Shown here in pieces: positions 8,602 to 16,223 of a stretch of 64,000 bases of DNA. The DNA lies in the NCBI GenBank assembly GCA_028714535.1, contig JAQTME010000001.1, forward strand, positions 1,270 through 65,269, written 5' to 3'. The notes beneath the pieces were generated by a model. The model saw nothing but the letters and a program-made list of their open reading frames with translations. It was not told the origin of the DNA and ran no database searches. The translations under genes and the position numbers were made by a program. Origin of the DNA: Candidatus Iainarchaeum sp. Its GTDB lineage: Archaea > Micrarchaeota > Micrarchaeia > Anstonellales > Bilamarchaeaceae. Numbering within the stretch: the first letter of the stretch is position 1; every line of letters begins with the position of its first letter.

Positions 8602-9162
8602 CTACCTTGGCTTCTCAGCATATGGCTTGAGGAGCTTCTTGGCCTTGTCAAGCACGATGCGGATCTCCTTCTCGTTCTTGGCGCCGGCGCAGATGACCTT
8701 GCCGTTCTTGAAGAGCAGCAGGGATGCCTTGGGCTCCTTGAACTTGAGGATGGCGCCTGGGAACTGCTCGGGCTCGTATTCCACGTCCTTGAGCTTGTAG
8801 GCTATCTTGTAGAGGTCGAGCTCCAGGCCGAGGTTGGCGGATGCCACGATGTTGGTTATGTCGATTTTCGGCTTCTTGGTGTTGAGTATCTTCTTGGCGT
8901 AGGGCGTGAGCATCTTTATGGTCTTGTCGATGGTCCTCTCGATGAGGATGCGCTGCTTGCAGCCGACGCAGACGACCTTGCCGTTCTTGAAGAGCAGGAG
9001 TGACGCCTTCGGGTCCTTGAACTTGAGGATGGCGCCTGGGAACTGCTCGGGCTCGTATTCTATCTCCTTTATCTTGTTGGCCAACGCGTAAAGGTCGAGC
9101 TCAAGGCCGAGAGATGCGGAGGCTACCATGTTGGTGATTACAAAATCCGGTTTCTTGGACAA
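8602..9162 (-). CDS. tbp: TATA-box binding protein
   Basis: Two tandem TBP repeats (ITNMVASASLGLELDL... and ITNIVASANLGLELDL...) and a TTG start codon. The two repeats are unusually similar at both nucleotide and amino-acid level. Confidence 0.95.
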   Translation of the reverse strand: MSKKPDFVITNMVASASLGLELDLYALANKIKEIEYEPEQFPGAILKFKDPKASLLLFKNGKVVCVGCKQRILIERTIDKTIKMLTPYAKKILNTKKPKIDITNIVASANLGLELDLYKIAYKLKDVEYEPEQFPGAILKFKEPKASLLLFKNGKVICAGAKNEKEIRIVLDKAKKLLKPYAEKPR

Positions 9163-9183
9163 AAGACCACCCTCTTTAAAAAG

Positions 9184-9221
9184 TATTTATATATACAACG
9201 GGAGATAGTGTTTAAAAAGAC
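9184..9221. promoter_or_regulatory. divergent promoter region for tbp (minus) and rpl21e (plus)
   Basis: tatttatatata at 9184-9195 lies about 25-30 nt upstream of the tbp start. A second gtttaaaaag at 9210-9220 lies upstream of rpl21e. Confidence 0.4.
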
Positions 9222-9258
9222 TTTCTCACAACGAAACGTCAGGAAAAACTAATGCTTT

Positions 9259-9546
9259 GTGATTCATATGGTTAGAGCTTCAAAGGGTCCGATGAACAGG
9301 CAGACCAGGCGCTTGAAGGGCAAGAGCGTGGTCACAGTCGCAGAATACGTCAAGACGTTCAAGGTCGGCGACAAGGTAGTCATAAGGCCGAAGGCCAAAT
9401 GGATAGGCCAGCCGCACCTCAGGTACTCAAACAGGCACGGCATAGTCGTCGAGAAGAGGGGCAAGAGCTATGTTGTCGAGGTCAGGGACTACAGCACCAC
9501 GAAAAAGGTAGTGGTGAGCCCGATACACCTGGTCCTCAGCGTATAG
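9259..9546 (+). CDS. rpl21e: 50S ribosomal protein L21e
   Basis: KGPMNRQTRRL... FKVGDKVVI... resembles L21e. It sits in the conserved archaeal neighbourhood with RpoF and DUF655. Confidence 0.85.
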   Translation: MIHMVRASKGPMNRQTRRLKGKSVVTVAEYVKTFKVGDKVVIRPKAKWIGQPHLRYSNRHGIVVEKRGKSYVVEVRDYSTTKKVVVSPIHLVLSV

Positions 9547-9873
9547 GTGATTCTGATGGACATGAAATCGTCTAAGGCAGTTACCGCAGCCGAAGCCAAG
9601 GCCATACTGGCCGCCAGGAAGGATGGCGGCGAGCTCGGCTACGAGCAGACGCAGGCCCTTGAGAACCTCGAGGTTACGGTAAAGATTGAGGCGAAGAAGG
9701 CCGCAAGCCTGAAGGAAAAGCTTATTGACATAGGCAAAATCAGCAAGGACCTGGCATCAAAGCTCATAGACGTGCGCCCGGACAACGCTGCGACCGTCAG
9801 GGCGGTCCTGTCCAAGGACAAGGTCGAACTCACCGAAGAGCAGATAAACGAGATAATCAAGGAACTCGCGTAG
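9547..9873 (+). CDS. rpoF: DNA-directed RNA polymerase subunit F (Rpo4)
   Basis: 108 aa, alpha-helical and Lys/Glu-rich, at the conserved position between L21e and DUF655. Confidence 0.65.
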   Translation: MILMDMKSSKAVTAAEAKAILAARKDGGELGYEQTQALENLEVTVKIEAKKAASLKEKLIDIGKISKDLASKLIDVRPDNAATVRAVLSKDKVELTEEQINEIIKELA

Positions 9874-9885
9874 AGGGGGATAGGG

Positions 9886-10470
9886 ATGGAAGACTATGCA
9901 TGGGTCATCGAGTATTTGCCATCAGGCCATGCCGAGGCGCTCCGGAGGGAGCCTGCGGTCCAGCTCCTGGGCACCCGCTTCTTCACGCTTCTCGAAGCCA
10001 CAGTCACCCCGGCATCCAGCATAATGCTCAGCCAGAAGGTCAATGTCGGCAAGGAGGGCAGGACCGAGATAGTCCACATAAAGGGCAGGATAACCTACGA
10101 GGACCTGACCAACGGCGCAAGGGAATTCCTGCCGAGCATGCTCAAGAAGGCCGTGGAGGAGAGGGAACCGGAATTCATCGCGTTCATAAACAACGCCAGG
10201 CCCATCTCCATACGCGTGCACACGCTCGACCTGCTGCCCGGCATCGGCAAGAAGACCATGGAGGCCATAATCCACGAGAGGGAGGCGAAGCCGTTCGAGT
10301 CGTTCGCCGACCTGCACAAGCGCGTCCCGACGCTGACCGACCCGGTGGGCATATTCGTGCACCGCATACTCAGCGAGCTGCAGGGCCACGAGAAATACTA
10401 CCTGTTCACCAAGCCGCTCACGCACTTCAGGCCCGATGCCCCGTCGTACTACAGGCCGGGCGCCAGATAG
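9886..10470 (+). CDS. DUF655 family protein, predicted RNA-binding
   Basis: The N-terminal pattern EDYAWVIEYLPSGH is the DUF655 hallmark. It is the third member of the conserved L21e-RpoF-DUF655 triad. Confidence 0.75.
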   Translation: MEDYAWVIEYLPSGHAEALRREPAVQLLGTRFFTLLEATVTPASSIMLSQKVNVGKEGRTEIVHIKGRITYEDLTNGAREFLPSMLKKAVEEREPEFIAFINNARPISIRVHTLDLLPGIGKKTMEAIIHEREAKPFESFADLHKRVPTLTDPVGIFVHRILSELQGHEKYYLFTKPLTHFRPDAPSYYRPGAR

Positions 10471-10500
10471 CTTGATAATCCTTTTTTTCGTTAAACCTGC

Positions 10501-10773
10501 ATGAGATACGCGATATTGTTATTCGGACTGATGCTTGTTGCGGGCGGGTTCGCCGCCAGCTCGGATGCGAGCGCGCAATTGGAGCAGTGCGTCAGGAACT
10601 GCTGCAGCCAGGCAGATGGCGCATGGACAGGCGACGACTGCGTAAACTCCGATGAGGAGCTGTACAACCAGTGCTCAACCAACTGCATCAGCAGCGCATT
10701 CGGAAGCGTGGGCTGCTGCGGCCCTGCGGTTTTGCTGGCAGGCGTTGCGGCGCTGGCAGTGCTCAGGAGATGA
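10501..10773 (+). CDS. small secreted Cys-rich protein with a C-terminal hydrophobic anchor
   Basis: 90 aa with a signal peptide, 8 Cys, and a C-terminal GPAVLLAGVAALAVLRR segment (hydrophobic helix plus basic tail). Confidence 0.4.
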   Translation: MRYAILLFGLMLVAGGFAASSDASAQLEQCVRNCCSQADGAWTGDDCVNSDEELYNQCSTNCISSAFGSVGCCGPAVLLAGVAALAVLRR

Positions 10774-10774
10774 A

Positions 10775-10928
10775 TGGGCCCACCCAGGATCGAACTGGGG
10801 ATCTTCGCTGTGTAAGAGCGACGTCTTAACCATTGTCCGGCCGTCCGACTTGTTCCGCCCTCATGGCTTTTTCCAGGGTTTTTGCCATGAGAGAAACAGA
10901 AGTCAAAAAGCCTCTCGACTATGGGCCC
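10775..10928 (-). tRNA. tRNA-Val (anticodon TAC) with a putative ~87-nt non-canonical intron in the D-arm
   Basis: On the minus strand: T-arm CCCAG-TTCGATC-CTGGG, 3' acceptor strand TGGGCCC plus discriminator A (no encoded CCA), anticodon stem TCGCT/AGCGA with loop CTTACAC, and D-loop/3' D-stem AATGGTTA-AGAC. The matching 5' acceptor strand GGGCCCA followed by TA and the 5' D-stem GTCG is found only at 10916-10928, about 87 nt upstream of the D-loop. Confidence 0.5.
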
Positions 10929-10938
10929 TGGGGATAGG

Positions 10939-11484
10939 TTAGCCTGATTTGGTTTTTATTTCCTTCTTACAGCGTTCGCAGAAGGCGCGCCCCTTGGCAT
11001 CCACCTCTTCCAGCGAATTTGAGAAGGACATCACGCAATTCTTATCATCGCAGTGCCCCAGGCCTGACGTGTGCCCGAGCTCATGCAGGGTCTCCTTCTG
11101 TATGCGTTCCTTGAAGATGGCATTGGCCTTTGCAGGGCTGGAAACTGGCCCGTAGAACCTCGGGTCAAGCCTGGCGAGCGAGACGATGCAGTTCCTGCCG
11201 CTGGCCAGCCCGAACACGAAGTTGAGCCCGCCTGCGAAAAGGTCCTCGCGCGTGATGAATGCCGTCATGTCGGCGTGGTGCGACACCATGGGCGCGAGCT
11301 CCTTCAGGAACACCTCTGCGTCGTACTGGCCGCGCTGGCTCCGGAACGAGCGCGTGATTGGCATGTCCAGGAATTCCGTCGTGACCGTCGCCCCGAACTC
11401 CTTGCCGATGAGGTCCAGCAGCGGATGGAAGCCTGGCATCGTGCGCCCGATAAGTGCGACAAGTATGCGCATGGAAATCAACAA
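10939..11484 (-). CDS. amzA: archaemetzincin (zinc metallopeptidase)
   Basis: HELGHTSGLGHCDDKNCVMS motif followed by a C-terminal CERC cysteine pair. Confidence 0.85.
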   Translation of the reverse strand: MLISMRILVALIGRTMPGFHPLLDLIGKEFGATVTTEFLDMPITRSFRSQRGQYDAEVFLKELAPMVSHHADMTAFITREDLFAGGLNFVFGLASGRNCIVSLARLDPRFYGPVSSPAKANAIFKERIQKETLHELGHTSGLGHCDDKNCVMSFSNSLEEVDAKGRAFCERCKKEIKTKSG

Positions 11485-11502
11485 AAGGAAATAATGGAAA
11501 AA

Positions 11503-12957
11503 TCAGACGTTGTAGTATTTCTGGAGCTCCAGCGAGGTCACGCCCTTCAGCGATTCCCTGTGCTGCCTCTCCTTGAGCTCTATGAAGTCCCCCATGAGCT
11601 CCACGGGGACGACGCCCTTCAGGAACTTCACGTCGCTCTGCAGCGCCGCCGAAGCCTCGTGCAGGCTCATGGGCAGCTCCTTCGCCACCCTGGCCTTCTT
11701 GCCTTCGACTTCCACAGGGTCCCCTGGGTCTATCTTGTTCTTTATGCCGTCGAGGCCTGCGGCGACCACGGCCGAGTATGCCAGGTATGGGTTTGCGGAC
11801 GGGTCTCCGCCGGCGTACACCACGCGCTTTGTCTCCTTGATGTTCTTCTTCGCGTGCGGGACGAATACCAGGCAGTCGTGCCTTGTCGCGCTCCATCCGA
11901 CCTTCTTGCTGTCGGCAGCGAGCCTGCGATATGAGTTGGGCGTCGGCGCTGTGAAGAGCGAGAGCGCCGCGGCGTGCTCAAGCAGGCCGCCTATGTAGTA
12001 CCTGCCTGTCTGGCTGAGCTGGCCGTATTCCTCCTTGCCCTCGTAGAACACGTTCTGGTCGCTCGTCTTCCAGAGGCTCACCGCCATGTTGAGCGCGTTG
12101 CCCCGCTCCCCGTCGACCGGGTATGGCATGAACGTCGCGGATGCGTTAACCGCGGTGGCGAGGTTCTTGGTGATGAATTTCAATGTGTTGACCGCGTCGG
12201 CTGCGGATTTCAGGCCGCGCTCCGCGAGTTCAAAAGTCTGCTGCGCCGTCGGCGACCTGCCGTGCTTGTGCGAATCCACGAGCATGCCGAAGCTGTCCTC
12301 CATGGTCTCTGAGATCTGCGTCCGTGCGGCGTACATGGAGTCGTACGGCGTGGCCACGTATGCGCCTCTGTTCTCGTTGGAAAGCGGCGACGGGCCCCAC
12401 TTGGCCTCGCGCGAGTCCATCATAAGGCCTGTGCCCCTGCCACGGGTGGTCTTGTCCGCGGTCGCGGTGTCGAAGAGGTAGCAGTCCACCTCGGTGCCTA
12501 TGAGCGCGTTCTTTATGCCGGCTGCGCTGAGGTTCGTTTCCATCCTTTCTGCGACGTATCTCGGGTCCTTGAGGAAGCGCTCCTTCTTTATGGCCACGAG
12601 TATGTCGCACACCAGGCGCACCGTGGCAGGCTCCCACGGCAGGCGCGCGAGCGTGTCGGGGTCAGGGAGCAGGACGAGCTCGCCCTGGTCGTTCGGCCCG
12701 AAAACCTCTGCCAGGTCGGCCGCGTACATGCCGTTGCCGAATGAGGCCTCCTCGATTTTCCGGTTGGAGACGCTCACCCGGTGCATAAGGCCCTTGACGT
12801 CGAAGAACTGGAAATCAATCCACCTTATCTCGTTCGTGGCTATGTATTTCAGGACATCATCTATAGCGGACAAAGTTACCACCTGTGCTGGCTTAACCAT
12901 AGAAGTAATAAATACGTTTCGAAACCTAGTTCTTTCCATGTTCGGCACCTCCGGCAT
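11503..12957 (-). CDS. glnA: glutamine synthetase type I
   Basis: 484 aa with the GS beta-grasp and catalytic domains (for example ...GPSPLSNENRGAY... and NSYRRL). The start is uncertain: the ATG at 12957 overlaps the divergent glmM start, and the ATGs at 12939 and 12900 are alternatives. Confidence 0.85.
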   Translation of the reverse strand: MPEVPNMERTRFRNVFITSMVKPAQVVTLSAIDDVLKYIATNEIRWIDFQFFDVKGLMHRVSVSNRKIEEASFGNGMYAADLAEVFGPNDQGELVLLPDPDTLARLPWEPATVRLVCDILVAIKKERFLKDPRYVAERMETNLSAAGIKNALIGTEVDCYLFDTATADKTTRGRGTGLMMDSREAKWGPSPLSNENRGAYVATPYDSMYAARTQISETMEDSFGMLVDSHKHGRSPTAQQTFELAERGLKSAADAVNTLKFITKNLATAVNASATFMPYPVDGERGNALNMAVSLWKTSDQNVFYEGKEEYGQLSQTGRYYIGGLLEHAAALSLFTAPTPNSYRRLAADSKKVGWSATRHDCLVFVPHAKKNIKETKRVVYAGGDPSANPYLAYSAVVAAGLDGIKNKIDPGDPVEVEGKKARVAKELPMSLHEASAALQSDVKFLKGVVPVELMGDFIELKERQHRESLKGVTSLELQKYYNV

Positions 12958-14236
12958 CAGAGGAATCTACGGCACAGACATAACCGAAGGTCTGGCGCTG
13001 AAGATAGCCAACATCTTCGCCATGGGCCGGCTCGCGGTGGGCCGGGACATAAGGGAGAGCGGCGTCCAGCTGCTCCAGGCTGTTTCGGCAGGGGCGGTCT
13101 CGGCTGGCGTGGACGTCGTGGATTTGGGCATAGTCCCGACTCCCACGGTGGCGCTGGCAGGGGGGCGGGGCATCATGATAACCGCATCCCACAACCCGCC
13201 CGAATACAACGGCCTCAAGCTCATGGAGAACGGCAAGGAGATAGGCAAGGGGCTTGAGAAGGAGGTCACGCAGGCGTACAGGGAAAGCACGCTCAGGATG
13301 GGCAAGAAGCCGGGCAGGGCCAGCAGGGACAGTGGAATCATAGCAAGGCACAAGGCGCTTGCCACGGGTATGGTGGACGCCCAGGCGATAGCGAAGGGGA
13401 AGCCGAAGGTCGTCGTGGACTGCAACGGCGCCGCCGCAGTGATAACGCCGTCATTGCTCACCGGCCTGGGGTGCGAGGTGGTCGGCGTCAACATGTCATT
13501 GGAAAGGTTCGCGCGTGCATCGGAGCCGAACGAGAAGAACCTGGCGCACCTCGGCGGCATCGTGAGGGCCGAGCGCGCTGATTTCGCAATCGCCCATGAC
13601 GGCGACGGCGACCGGTGCGTGGTTTTCGACGAGACAGGGACGATGCTGCCGCTGGATGCGCAGCTGGCCATCATGATCGAGCACGAGCTCGCTTCCTCGA
13701 AAAACAGGAAAATAGTTTCCACGGTGGAGGCGTCGCTGATCATACGCGGCGTGGTGGAGAGGGCCGGAGGCGAAATAGCCATAACCCCGGTGGGCAGCAC
13801 GTTCGTGGCCGACGAGCTTGAGCGCAGCGGCGCACTGTTCGGCGGCGAGCCATGCGGCGAATACGTATATTCAAAAGGCGTCCATGTGCCTGACGCGGTT
13901 GTTGCGGCCGCGAAGTTCGCCGAGATATTCTGCTCAAAAGGCGCATTCTCAAAGCTGAAGGCGCTCTATCCGCAGCACTTCATGGCCAGGGAGAGGTTCC
14001 AGGCGAAGGACAGGAAGGCGGCCATGGCAAGGGTGAAGAAGGCCGTCGATGCATCTGGCATACGTGGAGAGATGAGAAGCGACGACGGCGTGCGTGTTGA
14101 CGAAGAAGATGGCTGGTTCCTCATACGGGCGTCCGGCACCGAGCCGATCGTCCGGCTGACAATGGAATACAAGACGAAGGAAAGGCTGGAAGCGAGGAAG
14201 AAGGAACTGGCTGCGCTGATCCAAAAGAGCCTCTGA
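12938..14236 (+). CDS. glmM: phosphoglucosamine mutase / phosphomannomutase (alpha-D-phosphohexomutase)
   Basis: N-terminal MFGTSGIRG, the active-site loop TASHNPPEYNGLK, and the metal site DGDGDR. A TATA-like taataaata is centred about 26 nt upstream. The ORF-track start at 12494 is read-through. Confidence 0.85.
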   Translation: MFGTSGIRGIYGTDITEGLALKIANIFAMGRLAVGRDIRESGVQLLQAVSAGAVSAGVDVVDLGIVPTPTVALAGGRGIMITASHNPPEYNGLKLMENGKEIGKGLEKEVTQAYRESTLRMGKKPGRASRDSGIIARHKALATGMVDAQAIAKGKPKVVVDCNGAAAVITPSLLTGLGCEVVGVNMSLERFARASEPNEKNLAHLGGIVRAERADFAIAHDGDGDRCVVFDETGTMLPLDAQLAIMIEHELASSKNRKIVSTVEASLIIRGVVERAGGEIAITPVGSTFVADELERSGALFGGEPCGEYVYSKGVHVPDAVVAAAKFAEIFCSKGAFSKLKALYPQHFMARERFQAKDRKAAMARVKKAVDASGIRGEMRSDDGVRVDEEDGWFLIRASGTEPIVRLTMEYKTKERLEARKKELAALIQKSL

Positions 14237-14320
14237 AAGCCCATCCCCGATGCGCATCCAGGGACATGCACCCGGCACAGGCTACGGGTTAAATTCTTTT
14301 CCGTCCAAATAAGCCCTGGG

Positions 14321-15205
14321 GTGGGATGCATGCTGGTTGCCGTATTATCGGACAAGCCGGAACTGCGGGAGCAATTCTGCAGACTGGCCGGGAAGGAAGC
14401 TGCCAAGGGAGACATAACTTTTTATCCGTGCGAAGCCGGCATAACGCTGGTTGAGCCGACGAATTACCCCGATAAGATACAGCCGCTGCTCTATTCGCTG
14501 TCCATGGCAGACTACGCCGTACTCCTGGTCGACGGGCTCAGCCCGAAGGTTGGCGAGCTCATAATCGCGCTGAACAGCATCAGGCTCGACAGGGGCATGA
14601 TAGTGTCCAACGTCCCGCTGCCAATCAGTGGCACGGTGCTGGACAAGTACGAGAAGCTGCCTGACATGGCGGCTGCCGCGGCGAAAGTGAAGGCGCTGCA
14701 GCCGGAAGCGGCTGGCGAGCAGTCAATCGCGCTTATCCACAGGGCAGAGCAGGTGAAATCGCTCGGCCACGTGGCGCACGGCGTAATCAAGTCAGGGAAA
14801 ATCAGGAAGCACGACAGGATGTTCGCGCTGCCCGAGAAGAAGGAGATAGAGGTCAGGAGCCTGCAGGTCGGCGGGCAGGATGCCGACGAAGCCGTGGCAG
14901 GCGCGGAGGTCTCCCTTGTCTTCAGCGGCGAGCCGTTCGAAAAGGGCATCCTGGCGCCAATGCGCAACGACTACGAGATAAGCAACGTTGTCAACGGCAG
15001 GTTCGCGAAAAGCCCGTTCTTCAGGGACGAGCTGAAGGGCAAGATACATGCCTACGCCAACATGCAGTACGTGGAAGGCACGCTGAACGACAGCGACATA
15101 ACGCTGTCGCAGCCGATGGCGTTCGAGAAGGGCGAGCAGATAGTCATAGTCGACGCGAGCAACCAGAAGCTGCGCATCGCCGGAATCTTCCAGAGCAAAT
15201 GGTAA
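14321..15205 (+). CDS. EF-Tu domain II-like beta-barrel protein with a degenerate N-terminal G-like domain
   Basis: The central region VAHGVIKSGKIRKHDRMFALP...VAGAEVSLVFSG resembles the EF-Tu/aIF2-gamma domain II barrel. I see no GxxxxGK(S/T) P-loop. Confidence 0.45.
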   Translation: MGCMLVAVLSDKPELREQFCRLAGKEAAKGDITFYPCEAGITLVEPTNYPDKIQPLLYSLSMADYAVLLVDGLSPKVGELIIALNSIRLDRGMIVSNVPLPISGTVLDKYEKLPDMAAAAAKVKALQPEAAGEQSIALIHRAEQVKSLGHVAHGVIKSGKIRKHDRMFALPEKKEIEVRSLQVGGQDADEAVAGAEVSLVFSGEPFEKGILAPMRNDYEISNVVNGRFAKSPFFRDELKGKIHAYANMQYVEGTLNDSDITLSQPMAFEKGEQIVIVDASNQKLRIAGIFQSKW

Positions 15206-15826
15206 TTAGAGCAATTCGCCGCGCGCCTGCTCTATCTGCATGCGGCCCACGTCCTGCTTCCTGCGGAATTCGGGCAGAATCGCGTTGGAGAAGCGCAGTG
15301 GCAATAATTCGTCGTAAATCTCTTCCATCATCTTGAAGTATTCGCCTGCCTCGTGCCTGTTTCCCCTGCGCAGCGATTCGTACATCTCCCTTTTCAGCTC
15401 GCCTATGGCGTCCAGCAGCCCGTTGATATACGGGACTTCAGGCACCTTGAGCTCGCCTATGGACGGGATTTTCTTCAGCTCTATTGCCGACATGACTATG
15501 CGCGCCTCCGAGTATTCCTGGTAGACATGGTCGAGCTGGCCCGGGAAGTGGTCGCGGTATTTCGCTATCTTGGCGAGCCCCTTCTCCGCGTCCGCCAGTG
15601 ATTTTTTCGCCTCAACGAGGTTGTAGGCGTGCAGCGCCTTTATGGCGTTTGAGCATGAGCGGACAATGAGCCGGTTCTCGGCCAGCACGGCGTCAAGCTC
15701 CTTTTCCATCGCAAAAAGCTTCTTTTCTATCCGGTCTACGCCTATGTGGAGTGCCATGGCGGTAACAGGGCGCTGCAGGATTATATGCCTTTCCTCAGCC
15801 AGGGGCCTTTTCCCAGGAGAAGGCAA
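15206..15826 (-). CDS. translin-family protein (putative)
   Basis: All-helical, about 200 aa, with a C-terminal YINGLLDAIGELKRE signature that resembles translin. Confidence 0.4.
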   Translation of the reverse strand: MPSPGKRPLAEERHIILQRPVTAMALHIGVDRIEKKLFAMEKELDAVLAENRLIVRSCSNAIKALHAYNLVEAKKSLADAEKGLAKIAKYRDHFPGQLDHVYQEYSEARIVMSAIELKKIPSIGELKVPEVPYINGLLDAIGELKREMYESLRRGNRHEAGEYFKMMEEIYDELLPLRFSNAILPEFRRKQDVGRMQIEQARGELL

Positions 15827-16223
15827 GGCAGCGCTCGAACGGCCTGCATGAGAAATCCGCCTTGCCGGCGTATACGAACGTCTTGACTTCTGCTGCGCCT
15901 TCTGAAAGGAGAAGGGACTTCACCGCGGCGAGGGTCCTGCCGGTGTTGCTGACGTCGTCCACCAGCAGCACGCGCTTTTTCCTGACGCAGAGCTGGCCGC
16001 AGGTCACGAGCGGCACCGGGCGGAGGGCGCGGGCTGGCTTTGAATCGTCGTATAGCGAGGCGCGGAGCGTGAGCAGTTCTGCATTCAGGCGGAATGCCGC
16101 CAGCGCGGCAAGCACGATACCGCCGCGCTCCACGCCGACGATGACGTCGGGCGAGAACGAGGCGAGGCGCTTCCATGGTATCGATGCGTGCAGCTCGCCG
16201 AACGAGACCTTCACGGGCTTCAT
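15795..16223 (-). CDS. phosphoribosyltransferase domain protein (type I PRTase)
   Basis: PRPP-binding motif VLLVDDVSNTGRTL. I placed the start at the internal Met (MKPVKV) because the upstream part of the listed ORF is Arg/Ala-rich junk. Confidence 0.65.
   Translation of the reverse strand: MKPVKVSFGELHASIPWKRLASFSPDVIVGVERGGIVLAALAAFRLNAELLTLRASLYDDSKPARALRPVPLVTCGQLCVRKKRVLLVDDVSNTGRTLAAVKSLLLSEGAAEVKTFVYAGKADFSCRPFERCLAFSWEKAPG

Noticed and set aside
9900-10475. 191-aa ORF in an alternative plus frame over the DUF655 gene
   Set aside because: Arg/His/Gly-rich translation. The DUF655 frame (9886..10470) carries the conserved N-terminal motif.
11071-11934. 287-aa plus-strand ORF and 243-aa minus-strand ORF (11165..11896) inside glnA and amzA
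   Set aside because: These are antisense or out-of-frame shadow ORFs typical of high-GC DNA. The translations are Arg/His/Gly-rich with no motifs, and the real genes (glnA, amzA) occupy the region.
12967-13800. 277-aa minus-strand ORF inside glmM
   Set aside because: Antisense shadow ORF with a Ser/Thr/Pro/Ala-rich low-complexity translation.
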